Below are positions 1 to 10,171 of a stretch of 64,000 nt of DNA, piece after piece. Origin of the DNA: Planctomycetota bacterium. Its GTDB lineage: Bacteria; Planctomycetota; UBA1135; UBA2386. Position numbers and translations under genes: made by a program. Where the stretch lies: assembly GCA_965223545.1 (NCBI GenBank), contig OZ245006.1, positions 7,904,001 to 7,968,000 of the forward strand. Reading direction: 5' to 3'. The notes beneath the pieces were generated by a model. It ran no database searches. It had not been told where the DNA came from and worked only from the letters and a program-made list of their open reading frames with translations. Position 1 is the first letter of the stretch; every line of letters starts with the position of its first letter.

Positions 1-603
1 CTCGTAGCCGTCGAGGCCGGCGGCGATGTTCATCGGCACGACCCGCAGCTCGGGCACTTCCTGCGCCGCGTTCTCGATGCGCGGCAGGTTGACGTTGATG
101 ACGTCGTGCTGGTCGAGCGGGTGCGTCAGGAGGCGGTCGATCACCTGCCGGGCGATCTGCGCGGCGCGGTCGTACTCGGTGCGCTGGCGATCGCCGAGCT
201 CGAGGCTGACCGCGATGGCGGGGACGCCCAAGAACGCCGACTCCACCGCGGCGCCGACGGTGCCCGAGTAGAGCACGTTGATGCCGACGTTGGCGCCCAT
301 GTTCATGCCGCTGATGGTGAGGTCCGGCCGACTGCCCTCGCCGAAGCGCTCGCCCCAAATGGCACGGAGCGCCAGCTTGACGCAGTCGGCAGGGCGGCCC
401 TCGACCGCGATGCCGGTGGCGTCGCCGGCGAAGGCGATCTCCTCGCACATCAGGGGCTCGTCGAAGGTGATGCCGTGGCCGGTTCCCGATTGGACGGTGG
501 ACGGCGCCACCGTCAGCACCTCGCCAATGCCGACGAGCGCGCGGTACAGGGCGCGGATTCCCGGGGCGTGGAGACCGTCGTCGTTGGTCAACAGAACGCG
601 CAT
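1..603 (-). CDS. surE: 5'/3'-nucleotidase SurE (3' end runs off the window)
   Basis: Not in the ORF track. Reverse strand from ATG at 603 reads MRVLLTNDDGLHAPGIRAL...VAPSTVQSGTGHGITF...GRPADCVKLA...SGMNMGANVGINVLYSGTVGAAVE, which are the SurE motifs. Confidence 0.95.
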   Translation of the reverse strand, partial: MRVLLTNDDGLHAPGIRALYRALVGIGEVLTVAPSTVQSGTGHGITFDEPLMCEEIAFAGDATGIAVEGRPADCVKLALRAIWGERFGEGSRPDLTISGMNMGANVGINVLYSGTVGAAVESAFLGVPAIAVSLELGDRQRTEYDRAAQIARQVIDRLLTHPLDQHDVINVNLPRIENAAQEVPELRVVPMNIAAGLDGYE

Positions 604-765
604 GCTCGGTGCCCGCCCGCGGTCCGCGCGGCGAGCGGCAGAGCATACCCGCCAGCCTGGCGTCCCCGGCGGCTTTTGTCGCCGGCGCGGCGGGCCGCCC
701 AAGCGCCGGCGGGAAGGAGGCTTGCGCGCCCGGGCGGCGCGCTGGCAGACTCCGGGTCCTGGGGG

Positions 766-1803
766 GTGCTGCCCTTGCCGCCAACCGATCACCACACTCG
801 ACCCGACTTGCCTGCCGCGGATTCGGCGCGGTTGCGGCGGCGCGCCGCGCGCTGGTCGCTTTGCATCGCGCTGTTGGTGTTTGGCGGCAAGCTCTGGGCC
901 TATGCCTTGACCGACTCGACCGCGGTGTTGTCCGACGCGTTGGAGTCGGTGGTCAACGTCGTCGCCGCGGTGATCCTGGTCGGCAGCCTGCGGTTGGCGG
1001 CGATGCCGGCGGACGACGACCACCCGTACGGCCACGGCAAGATCGAGTTCTTCTCCGCTGGCATCGAGGGTGGCTTCCTGTTCGGCGCCGGCGCTTTGAT
1101 TCTGTTCGAGGCGGGGCGCGCGCTCTGGCTGGGAGCCCAGCCCGGCCGGTTCGACCTCGGCTTGCTGGTGCTCGCGATCTTCGGCGCGATCAACGCGGCG
1201 TTGGGGAGCTACCTGGTGCGCGCTGGCAAACGCACCCATTCGGTGGCGTTGGAGGCCGACGGCCGGCACGTGCTGGCCGACGTCTGGACCACGGTCGGCG
1301 TGCTGGTCGGTCTCGCTCTGGTGTGGGCGACGGGCTGGAGCTGGCTCGACCCCCTGGTGGCGGCGGCGGTCGGAGTCCACGTCGTGCGCGAGGGCTTCAC
1401 GTTGTCCCGCAGGGCGGTGCGCGGCCTGATGGACCAAGCCGACCCAGCGACCCTGGCGCGCCTGGTCGAGGCCTTGGATGGGGCCAGAAAGGCCCCGTGG
1501 GTCGACCTCCACGGCCTGCGTAGCCGGCGCTCGGGCTCCCTGTTGCACGTCGACCTGCGCCTGGTCGTGCCGCGCTACTTCGACGTCCGCGACCTGCACG
1601 GCATCCACGACCACGTCGAGCGCACGATCGCCGCCGTCGCCGAGGCCTCCTCCGAAACCGTGGTCCACTTCGACCCCTGCCGTCCCGACGACTGCTCCGG
1701 CTGCGCCATGGATACCTGCCCCGAACGCACCGCCCCGCAGACCCACCGCCACCCGTTGACCCTCGACCGCGCCACGCGCACCGACACCCCCCACGCCCAC
1801 TGA
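766..1803 (+). CDS. Cation diffusion facilitator (CDF) family metal transporter
   Basis: SDALES, HPYGHGK(I)E and HVLADVWT CDF motifs; about 6 TM helices; Cys-rich C-terminus. Start is approximate (GTG 766 or TTG 775). Confidence 0.9.
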   Translation: MLPLPPTDHHTRPDLPAADSARLRRRAARWSLCIALLVFGGKLWAYALTDSTAVLSDALESVVNVVAAVILVGSLRLAAMPADDDHPYGHGKIEFFSAGIEGGFLFGAGALILFEAGRALWLGAQPGRFDLGLLVLAIFGAINAALGSYLVRAGKRTHSVALEADGRHVLADVWTTVGVLVGLALVWATGWSWLDPLVAAAVGVHVVREGFTLSRRAVRGLMDQADPATLARLVEALDGARKAPWVDLHGLRSRRSGSLLHVDLRLVVPRYFDVRDLHGIHDHVERTIAAVAEASSETVVHFDPCRPDDCSGCAMDTCPERTAPQTHRHPLTLDRATRTDTPHAH

Positions 1804-1861
1804 ACGTACGGAGCCAGGCTCCGATCCATCACGCCGCGGAACGTACCGAGTCAGACTCGAT
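1802..1861. repeat. Two imperfect GAACGTAC+hairpin units (REP-like)
   Basis: gaacgtacggagccaggctccgat (1802-1825) and gaacgtaccgagtcagactcgat (1839-1861), each with a short palindrome, lying between convergent genes. Confidence 0.5.
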
Positions 1862-1909
1862 TTTCTCGCGGCGCCGCTCCACCCCGCCCCGCGGCCAGCC
1901 CTCTTCGTG

Positions 1910-3076
1910 TCAGAGAGCCCGCACCAGATCGGGAACCAGCGCCAGCGTGGCCACGGTGAGGCCGGCGGCGACGAGCAGCGCGCCGATCGCCAGCAGCGCG
2001 AGCTCGGTCGCGTGCAGCCGGCGCACGGTGCCGGGGCTGCAGCCGATGCGGCGCAGGGTTCGCATCTCACCGGCGCGCAACCGCATCGACAGCAGGAGTT
2101 GCAGCCCCACGAGCAACGCCGTGCTCAAGCCCAGCAGCAGCGCCAGCACGTCGAGCACGCGCTTGACGCGGAGCACGGCGGCGAGGAGATCGTCGACGAC
2201 GGCCCTGGGAGTCACCATCTGCCACTGCCCGCTGCCGTCGAACCGCGCCTTGAGCAGAGTCGCTGCCTTCTCGTCGAACGGCAGCGCGATGATCGCGGTC
2301 AGCGGCAGCTGGGTGTCGTCGGCGTGCACATGGAACGTGTGCGCGTTGTCGTCGGTGACCTCCTGGTAGGAGCGCAAGGCGGGACCGAGGCTGACGACCT
2401 CGTCGGTCTGCGCCAACACCAACGAAGGGTCGGCGTCGCGCGCATCCTCGTGACCGTGCGCCAACCCCTCGAGGATCCACGCCGTCTTCAGGTCGACGAA
2501 CACCGCGCCGTCGTCCGCGCTGCCGGTGCGCGCCAGCACACCGCAGACCTGCATCTTCAGCGCCGGCGGCCGGGACAGGTCGTAGAGATCGGTCGGATCG
2601 GAGAACAGAGTGGCGCCGACGTCCAGGTCGAGCGCCGCCGCCACGTCATGGCCGAGGACCACCTCGCCCAAGCGCAGCGGCAGCGTGCCGCGCACCGCCC
2701 GCAGCCGGTGCAACTCGTAGTACTCGGGCGTCGTCGCGACGATCGGGTGGCGCTGCGCGGTGAACCGCTGGTGCAGCGGAATCGGTGCCGCCCAGCCGGT
2801 CGCGCCGATCGCCCGGACTTGGGCGAACGGTACCGTCGGCAGGGTTGCCGGCCGAAAGTAGAGCGCGGCGAGTGTCAGATCGAACCGGCTGCCGCGCGCG
2901 CCCGCCAGCAGAGGCGTGGCGTCGGCGCGCGCGGTCAAGTCGGTCTGGTAGCGCAGCAAGAGGAGCTGCGTCGTCACCGGCAAGAACACCGCCGCGGCGA
3001 CGCAGGCGATGGTGATTCCGCTCCGCACGCGGTGGTGGAGCAGGTGTCGCCACGACAGCCAGAGCACGCCGCGCAT
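1910..3076 (-). CDS. ABC transporter permease, MacB/FtsX type
   Basis: MRGVLWLSWRHLLHHRVRS start, one N-terminal TM, large periplasmic domain, C-terminal RxxEMxTLRxIG FtsX motif and TMs. Confidence 0.85.
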   Translation of the reverse strand: MRGVLWLSWRHLLHHRVRSGITIACVAAAVFLPVTTQLLLLRYQTDLTARADATPLLAGARGSRFDLTLAALYFRPATLPTVPFAQVRAIGATGWAAPIPLHQRFTAQRHPIVATTPEYYELHRLRAVRGTLPLRLGEVVLGHDVAAALDLDVGATLFSDPTDLYDLSRPPALKMQVCGVLARTGSADDGAVFVDLKTAWILEGLAHGHEDARDADPSLVLAQTDEVVSLGPALRSYQEVTDDNAHTFHVHADDTQLPLTAIIALPFDEKAATLLKARFDGSGQWQMVTPRAVVDDLLAAVLRVKRVLDVLALLLGLSTALLVGLQLLLSMRLRAGEMRTLRRIGCSPGTVRRLHATELALLAIGALLVAAGLTVATLALVPDLVRAL

Positions 3077-3090
3077 CGCCGGCCTCGGGT

Positions 3091-4376
3091 TCAGCGGCCG
3101 CCCCCGGCCGCGCGCGGATCCGTGCTGGAGGTGGCGATCACTTCCTGCGCGAGGATCTCGTGGTCGCGAATGCGCCAGCCGGTCGGCGTCCGCGCCACCG
3201 TGTAGCGCGCCTCGTATTCCTGCGTGCGCGCATGGCTGTGCCCCCAGTGGTACACCGCGCCGTCGACCTGCCAGCGGGAGTGCACGGTGAACCCCGGCCA
3301 CTCCTCTTCGCCGAGCAGGCCGATCTGCTCGACGCGGTTGTCGACCGTCCGCACCTCCTCGACCTGACTCACCGCGCCGCCCTCCTCGTGCAGGATCAAG
3401 CTCTGGTAGACCTGCCGGTACAGCCGATCGAGCAGGTCACCGTGCACGCTGCGCGCCAACGCGTCGTAGATCTCGCTCTCGTCGACGAACTCGAACGCGC
3501 GGTACACGTTGCGCTGCAGCGGCGTGAAGATCGCGAGCGCCTCGTCGGCGGTGGGCAAGCTCGGGCCCGCAAATGGCAGCGGCAGCTCGACCGGCCGGCG
3601 TCGCGGCCGAGCGCGGCCGCGCCGAACATCGCCAGCGAGGCGACCAGCAGTGGCCGCCGCCGCTGGCGCAGGGCGAGCCAGCCCAAACCGACTCCGGCGC
3701 ACAGCGCGCCGACGCCGATCAGCGGTACGCCCACGCCAGGCGGCGTCGAGGCCTCGACCAGGGGCACCGGGTCGAACGCGTCCAGCGCGCTGGCGCCGGT
3801 GTCGTGCCACGTGTACCCCGGCTCCTCGGTGCTCAGCAGCACGTGCTCGCGCACGCCGCGGGCGACCACCTGGACGTTGATGTTCATCGGCGGCGCGCCG
3901 CCGCCGAAGTCGAGCACCAGATCATCGGGAAAGGTGCCCCAGACCACCGAGACCCGCTCCGGCGCGGCGCTGGCCGGATACTCCAGCAGCAGGCGCATCT
4001 TGAGCAACGCCTTGACCCCCATCCGCGGGAACAGCGGCAGCAAGGTCAGGTCCGGCTCGCCGACTTCGAACGAACCGACCTCGGCGGTGACCTCGACGCC
4101 ATCGATCTCGACCCGATTGGTCGCCAGAAAATGCGCGGCGAGATCTTGGTGGTAGGACTCGTACTCGACCGGATGCAGCGCCGTCTCACTCTCCCGCGGT
4201 GTGTCGACGACCTCGTCGACGAACGCGAGGTTGAGCAGCAGGGCCATGGTCACTCCGCCCGGGCCGATCCGCAGCCGAACATCGATGTCGGGCCCGTCGG
4301 CCGGGTGGGCCGGTGGCCGGTCTCCGCTGTGGAGCGCGAGGCCGAGCATCGCGGCGACGAGCACGGCGTGGGACAT
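3091..4376 (-). pseudogene. Conserved-looking membrane protein with HWGHSH motif, split by a frameshift at about 3592
   Basis: The ORF from ATG 4376 (signal peptide, soluble domain, 2 TMs) continues in another frame (VELPLPF...HWGHSH). One extra G at 'ggccgg^tcgag' restores GRVELPLP. May be a sequencing error. Confidence 0.75.
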
Positions 4377-4620
4377 CGCCGGGATGCTATAGCGGCGCCG
4401 CGCATTGGCGGCGACGTTTCTCCGCCGGCGGGCGCGTCGCCGCGGCGCGCGGTCGGTCACCTCGATCGAGGAGTTGCGCCCGACTCGCGGGCACGGCGCG
4501 ATCGCCGATGCGCAGAGCCCCTTTACTTTGCCGCGGCCCGGGCCTCGCATGGCCCGGTCACCGGCCGTAGTGGCCGGTAGAACATCCGAAGTCTTCGCTC
4601 TCCGAGCTGGCCACGAATCC

Positions 4621-6246
4621 ATGGCGACCCACACCTCTCTCCAAAGCGCCGCGCTGTTGGCGGCGTTGCTCACCCCATGCCTGACCGCCCAGCGCCCGGA
4701 TCTGGTCGAGCGCGACCCCGAGGCGGCGCCGACGCGGCGTGCGTTGGAAGCCTCCGGCGAGCAAGTGCAGATCTTCGATCAGCACGTCACCACCCTCTCG
4801 AGTCCGTTTATGGAGGGGCGCGTGCCGGGTTCGCGCGGCATGGAGGTGGCGCGGGAGTACTTCGAGTACTACCTGCGTGAGGCCGGTACCCGACCGCCGT
4901 GGGGCGAAGGCCAGGCCGCCAGCTATCGCCAGCGGTTCCCCCTGCGGGGCAGCCGCGAGGTCGCGACTGAGCACGTCGCGGTGGCAGACGGCAGCGTCAG
5001 CTTCGTCGCCGGGCAGGACTACAACACGCTGGGCCTCGGCGGCACCGGCACGGTGACCGCGCCGGTCGTGTTCGTGGGCTACGCGATCAACGAGGGCAGC
5101 GACGGCTACACCAGCTTTCCGGCCAATGAAGACCTCAGTGGCAAGATCGCACTGTTGCTGCGCCACGAGCCGCTGAACCCCGACGGCAAGAGCCGCTGGT
5201 CGATGCCGCCGCGGCCGTGGACCCGCGAGGCGAGCCTGTCGCGCAAGGTGCGCGCCGTCGTCCGTCGCGGCGCGGTCGGAGTCATCGTCGCCAATACACC
5301 CGGTGCCAGTGATCCGCGCGCCGAGCAGCTGACGCGTTCGGGCGGCGGCGGCCGCACCCGCGGCGAGCTGCCGGTGATGCACTTCACCAGCGCCGCTGCC
5401 GATCGCCTGATCTCGGCCCTGGCGCCCGACGCGGATTCGCTGGCTGCCCTGCGCGCGCGGTGCGACGAGGCAGGATTGGTGGTCGATTTCCCTGGGCAGG
5501 TCACGCTGACCACCGAGCTCGTCGAGCAGGAGAACTTCGGCGAGAACGTGGCTGGCATGATCCCGGGCCGCGGCGCGTTGGCGGACGAGTGGATCGTCGT
5601 CGGCGCCCACCTCGACCACCTCGGCATCGGCCTCTACGGCGCGCGCGACAGCCAGCGCATCGGCCAGCTGCACCCCGGCGCGGACGACAACGCGTCCGGT
5701 TCGGCCGGCGTGTTGATGCTGGCGGAGCGGATGATGCGGCATTACGCCGAGCTGCCGGAAGGTGAGTCGGCGCGTTCGCTCTTGTTCGTCGGCTGGGACG
5801 CGGAGGAGGCCGGGCTGCACGGCTCGCGCTACTACGTCGAGAATCCGCTGGCGCCGATCGAGAAGCACGCGCTCTGCATCAACTTCGACATGATCGGGCG
5901 GATCGTGAACAAGCGCCTGTCGGTGAGCGGCACCAAGTCGGCGGCCGGCATGGAGGAGTGGTTGTTGCCGATGTTCGAGGAGTCACCGCTCGACGTCGTC
6001 GTCGCGGGCGGCATGGGTCCTGGAGGCAGCGACCACTTCGCCTTCAACTCCAAGCGTGTGCCGTGGCTGTTCGCCATCATTCAGGACTTTCACAACGACT
6101 ACCACACGCCGGACGACGTGGCCTGGAAGATCAACCGCGTCGACGCGGTGCACACCATCGATCTGTTCGAAAAGATCACGCAGCAGGCGGCGACCCAGAC
6201 CGCGCCGTTCGAGTACCAGCCGACGGGCCGCGGCCGCCGCGGCTGA
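4621..6246 (+). CDS. M28 family aminopeptidase with PA domain, secreted
   Basis: GAHLDHLG, GADDNASG, AEEAGLHGS, NFDMIGR, SDH and YHTPDD zinc-binding motifs; signal peptide. Confidence 0.92.
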   Translation: MATHTSLQSAALLAALLTPCLTAQRPDLVERDPEAAPTRRALEASGEQVQIFDQHVTTLSSPFMEGRVPGSRGMEVAREYFEYYLREAGTRPPWGEGQAASYRQRFPLRGSREVATEHVAVADGSVSFVAGQDYNTLGLGGTGTVTAPVVFVGYAINEGSDGYTSFPANEDLSGKIALLLRHEPLNPDGKSRWSMPPRPWTREASLSRKVRAVVRRGAVGVIVANTPGASDPRAEQLTRSGGGGRTRGELPVMHFTSAAADRLISALAPDADSLAALRARCDEAGLVVDFPGQVTLTTELVEQENFGENVAGMIPGRGALADEWIVVGAHLDHLGIGLYGARDSQRIGQLHPGADDNASGSAGVLMLAERMMRHYAELPEGESARSLLFVGWDAEEAGLHGSRYYVENPLAPIEKHALCINFDMIGRIVNKRLSVSGTKSAAGMEEWLLPMFEESPLDVVVAGGMGPGGSDHFAFNSKRVPWLFAIIQDFHNDYHTPDDVAWKINRVDAVHTIDLFEKITQQAATQTAPFEYQPTGRGRRG

Positions 6247-6273
6247 GAACCGCGGCGCGCGGCCACGCGGCGT

Positions 6274-7302
6274 TCACCGCAATGCCTCGCGCAGGCGCGC
6301 GAGGTTGGCGTGCATCGCCGCGAGATAGTCGTCGTCGCCCGGCGCCGGCAGGGTCTTGCAGGGACTGAAGACGACACTGCGTAGCGCGCACCGATCGCGC
6401 GCCGCCTGCTCCCAGGCCTGCGAGGGCGGGCTCTGCCACAGGATGACGCGGGCGGTGACTCCGTCGAGCCGTTGTTCGAGATCGCGCAGCGCGCTTTCGT
6501 CGGGCGCGGCGTTGGGGTCGAGATCGAGGTTGACCAAGCGCCAGCCGTAGCGCGCCGCTGCGTAGCCGTACGCCGGATGCGAGGCGACCAGCACCTCGCC
6601 GTCACCGAGCCGGATCTGGCCGAAGGCAGCGTCCAACGCCTGCAAGTCGGTGCGCAGCGCCGTCATGCGCTGCGCCAGCGCCTCGCCCGCGTTCGGCAAC
6701 GTGCGCTGCAGGGCGTCCAACAGCTCCTCCGCCTGCGCCGCCAGGTTCTGGGGATCGACCCAGGTGTGCGGGTCGATCCCGGTGTGGCTGTGCGTCGTGC
6801 CGTCGGCGTGCGTGTGGGTGACGGCGTTCTCGAAGCGCAAGAACCGCCGGCGGAAGGGGTGCGATGTGTCGACCAGTCGGCTGACCGGCAGTGAGGCGGT
6901 GAAGGCCCAAGCCTCGCAGTCGGCACCGTTGAGCACGATCAACGCGGCCCGTTGCATGTCCGCGATCTGTTGCCGCGACGGCTCGAAGTGCAGCGGATCA
7001 CTGCCGGCGCCTGCCAGGCAGGTCAACGTTGCCTCACTGGCGACCAGGCGCTGGGCGACCCAGTGCAACGGGTAGATCGTGGTCACCACGCTCGGTGAGC
7101 CGGTGGCGTTCGGCTGCGCGCCGGCCGGGTCGGTTTCGCCACAAGCCGCGGTGCTCAGCGCGGCCGCGGCCGCAACCAATCCCAGATGGCGCTTGTGCCG
7201 GAGTAGCTTCGAACGTCTGCCCGATCCGCCGCCGCGTTGAGCCAGGAGACACAGTCTCGGTGCGTGAAGCAGGGCGTGAAGCGTTCGCGGCGGTTTGGGC
7301 AT
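6274..7302 (-). CDS. Metal ABC transporter substrate-binding lipoprotein (ZnuA/TroA family)
   Basis: Lipobox-like TAAC, VVTTIYPL, DPLHFEP, LNGA, His-rich loop HTHADGTTHSH, DPHTW, HPAYGY. True start may be downstream of 7302. Confidence 0.88.
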   Translation of the reverse strand: MPKPPRTLHALLHAPRLCLLAQRGGGSGRRSKLLRHKRHLGLVAAAAALSTAACGETDPAGAQPNATGSPSVVTTIYPLHWVAQRLVASEATLTCLAGAGSDPLHFEPSRQQIADMQRAALIVLNGADCEAWAFTASLPVSRLVDTSHPFRRRFLRFENAVTHTHADGTTHSHTGIDPHTWVDPQNLAAQAEELLDALQRTLPNAGEALAQRMTALRTDLQALDAAFGQIRLGDGEVLVASHPAYGYAAARYGWRLVNLDLDPNAAPDESALRDLEQRLDGVTARVILWQSPPSQAWEQAARDRCALRSVVFSPCKTLPAPGDDDYLAAMHANLARLREALR

Positions 7303-7319
7303 TGCGGTGGTGCGTCCGG

Positions 7320-8027
7320 TCAGTGGGCTTGCAGGTGCGCTTCACTGTAGCCGTCGGTCGCGGTCGTGAACTCGATGACGCGGCCGAAGCGCGGCAGCGC
7401 GCTGTGGTCGTGGGTGACCACGATCGTGGTCGCGCCGCGCTCGCGGGTCTGCGCCAGCATCAGGTCGAGAACCGCGGCCGAAGTGACCGGATCGAGGTTG
7501 CCGGTGGGTTCGTCCGCCAACACCACCGCGGGTAGGGTGACCAGTGCGCGGCACAGCGCCACGCGCTGGCGCTCTCCTTGACTCAACGCCCGGGGGTGGC
7601 GGGGCAGCAGCTCTTCGATGCCGCTGGCCTGCGCCAGGGCGCGCACGCGTTGCCCCACGCGGTCGTCCCGGGCGGCCGCCGGCTGCACCAAGTACGGCAG
7701 CAGGATGTTGTCGCGCACGGTGAGGTAGTCGAGCAGCTCGAACTCTTGGAACACCTGACCGACGCGGGACAGCCGCCGTGCGCGCCGGTCGCGGTCGGTC
7801 TGGGCTGCCCAGGAGGTACCGTCGAGGACGACCTCGCCGCGGGCGGGCAGCAGGATCCCGGCGAGCAGCTGCAACAGGGTCGATTTGCCGCAACCGCTGG
7901 GGCCGATGCACACCGTCGCGCTGCGCGGGGGAAAGTCGAGACCCGGTGCCCGCAGACGGAAGCCGCCGGGAAACGAGAGCTCGATGTCGCGCACCGCGAG
8001 GTGGCCGTCGGTCGCAGGACTGGGCAT
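7320..8027 (-). CDS. ABC transporter ATP-binding protein (LolD/MacB-like)
   Basis: GPSGCGKS, LSQGERQR, LADEPTGNLD, VVTHD. Confidence 0.93.
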   Translation of the reverse strand: MPSPATDGHLAVRDIELSFPGGFRLRAPGLDFPPRSATVCIGPSGCGKSTLLQLLAGILLPARGEVVLDGTSWAAQTDRDRRARRLSRVGQVFQEFELLDYLTVRDNILLPYLVQPAAARDDRVGQRVRALAQASGIEELLPRHPRALSQGERQRVALCRALVTLPAVVLADEPTGNLDPVTSAAVLDLMLAQTRERGATTIVVTHDHSALPRFGRVIEFTTATDGYSEAHLQAH

Positions 8028-8266
8028 GGCGGCAGCCGGCAGCTGACCCCAACCAGGCCGCGAATCCAAGGTGCATGTCGGCGGGAGGGTGCTTGGCGGC
8101 CGTGGCCCCACACTCTCCTTGGCAGCGGGCGCTGGGGTTGGCGGGCCTCAAGATGACACCGGCGGCACAGCGGCACTTGCGGACGGGCCCACGGCATTGC
8201 CGATGAAACGACGGATACGCGCACACGCGGAGCTGCCGTTCAGCGCCGCGGCCGAAACGGGAGACG

Positions 8267-10144
8267 ATGACCACCCAACCGACCAGTACCGACCCCAGCG
8301 CCGCTCATCGCGCGCTGGTCGACACCTGGGTGGTGTTCACCAAGGCGCTGGCGATCTACCCGGACACCAACCAGCGGGTGCAGGCCACCCTGGCCGATTG
8401 GAGCGCCGCGATCGGCGCCGCGGCCCGCGGTTCGTCGGTGGAAGTGCTGTTCTTCCAGGACCACATTCTCGTCGACGAGCTGGAGCAGCCGCTCGATGAC
8501 AGCAGCAACAGCGCCTGGCTCAAGGAGAGGCTGGACCGAGTCGGGCTGGCGGGCGCGCGCTTCACCGCGCCGGCGGACGCCGCGGGTCTGTTGAGCTTCA
8601 GTCGGACTCTGCTCGATGCCAGCGCGCGCGGAGGGGCAGCGGCGGCCGCCGCCGCCGATCCGGCCTTGTTCGCTGTGCACCCCGGGTTGGAGCCGATCGA
8701 GCGGCGCTACGTCGCCAATCTGTTGGCCGAGCGCGGCTCCGGCGGTGAGAGCGACGGCGGCACCAGGCGCAACGCACGGATGCGTGCTGATGCCGTGACC
8801 CGGCGCCTCGAGGAGTCGGACGAGATCCGTGCCAGGCTGGAACGGCTACAGCAAGCCCTGCTCGGCGCGCAGGACCAACCGCAGCCGAGCGCGGCGGTCG
8901 AGCTTCTGGCCCGGCTGGTGCGCTTGATGCCGGCTGAAGTTCTCGCCGACCCCGGAGCCCTCGGCGCGCGCGTAGAGCAGATTCTGGACGGCATGATCGC
9001 CTCGGTCGAGAGCTGCGACGACGTGCAACGGTTGCCGGATGCGGCGCTGAGCCAGCTGATGTTCAGCGTCGGGCGCAAGCTCTTCTACCGCGATGCCGAC
9101 CCGGCGACGCCGGCGGCCGAGATGGTCGCGCCGAGCGGGCCGAGGGGACATGCCGGCGACGATCTCATCGAGGAAGATCTCGACACTCTGATCTGGGAGA
9201 TGGCCGCGCTGCCGGTGGTCACCGATCCCAGTGGCCTGCTGGACGAGCTCGAGTTCGACGACGAGCAGCTGCTCGTCTACCTCTACTTCCTGGTGCAGAG
9301 CAACGACATCGGCCAGCAGCGCAAGCTCTACGGCCAGCTGCACAACCTGCTCGCCGAGCCGACGCCCCGCGCCCTCGAAGTGCTGCGCGCGTTCTTCACC
9401 GGCCAGCTCGACTTCGTCGTCGACGACGGCATGACGCGGCTTTTGGTGTTCTTGCGCGAGGTCGGCTTGATGCCGTTGCTGCGCCGCATCGGCGTCATCA
9501 CCGAAGACCGCGTGATCGACTCGTTTCCCACGGGCTTCACCCTGTTCTTGGATTCTCTCGACGCCGAGGACGGCGGCGACCACGCCCTGCTGGCGCGGGT
9601 CGTCGGCGAGATCGGGGCCGTGCGGATCGAGGCCGCTGCCGAGGCGATCGCCGCCGACGGTGGGCTCGGCATCCACAACCGGGACTCCAAGGTCCTGGCC
9701 GCGGCGCAGCCGGCGACGATGCCGTTGGTCGGCATGCTGCTCGAGCAGGTGCCGCGGCGGGCCGCCGACGTCGCCGTGCTGCTGCGCGCCATGCAGCTGA
9801 GCGAGCGCGAGGCGACGCCGCTGCGGCTGCTTCCGGCCGACCAGCTGCCCGCCGAGTACGTCGCTTGCCTGGCGGCCAAGGTCGGCGGTGCGCCGTTTCC
9901 GGCGCGGATCAAGCGCATGGTGTCGCTGCTGCTGGTGCGATTCCTGCAGTCGACCATGGGGCAACCGGAGGAGGCGGAGCGTCGCTTGGTGGCGATCCAG
10001 CACCTGCGCCAGTTTCCCAGCCGCGAAAGTGCCGAGCTGCTCGAGGAGATCGTGCGGGGCAAGAAGCTGCTGACCTTCAAGCGGGAGCCGCTAGCGCTGC
10101 GCCAAGCGGCCGCCGCGGTGCTGGAGGCGCAGCCGAGGAGCTGA
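8267..10144 (+). CDS. Hypothetical alpha-helical (HEAT-like) protein, partner of the HD-GYP gene
   Basis: Long ORF with GC3-biased codons and an RBS (gggag); helical C-terminus (ERRLVAIQHL...LRQAAAAVLE). Confidence 0.7.
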   Translation: MTTQPTSTDPSAAHRALVDTWVVFTKALAIYPDTNQRVQATLADWSAAIGAAARGSSVEVLFFQDHILVDELEQPLDDSSNSAWLKERLDRVGLAGARFTAPADAAGLLSFSRTLLDASARGGAAAAAAADPALFAVHPGLEPIERRYVANLLAERGSGGESDGGTRRNARMRADAVTRRLEESDEIRARLERLQQALLGAQDQPQPSAAVELLARLVRLMPAEVLADPGALGARVEQILDGMIASVESCDDVQRLPDAALSQLMFSVGRKLFYRDADPATPAAEMVAPSGPRGHAGDDLIEEDLDTLIWEMAALPVVTDPSGLLDELEFDDEQLLVYLYFLVQSNDIGQQRKLYGQLHNLLAEPTPRALEVLRAFFTGQLDFVVDDGMTRLLVFLREVGLMPLLRRIGVITEDRVIDSFPTGFTLFLDSLDAEDGGDHALLARVVGEIGAVRIEAAAEAIAADGGLGIHNRDSKVLAAAQPATMPLVGMLLEQVPRRAADVAVLLRAMQLSEREATPLRLLPADQLPAEYVACLAAKVGGAPFPARIKRMVSLLLVRFLQSTMGQPEEAERRLVAIQHLRQFPSRESAELLEEIVRGKKLLTFKREPLALRQAAAAVLEAQPRS

Positions 10145-10171
10145 CCGCGATGGCGTCGAGGGAGGGGATCG

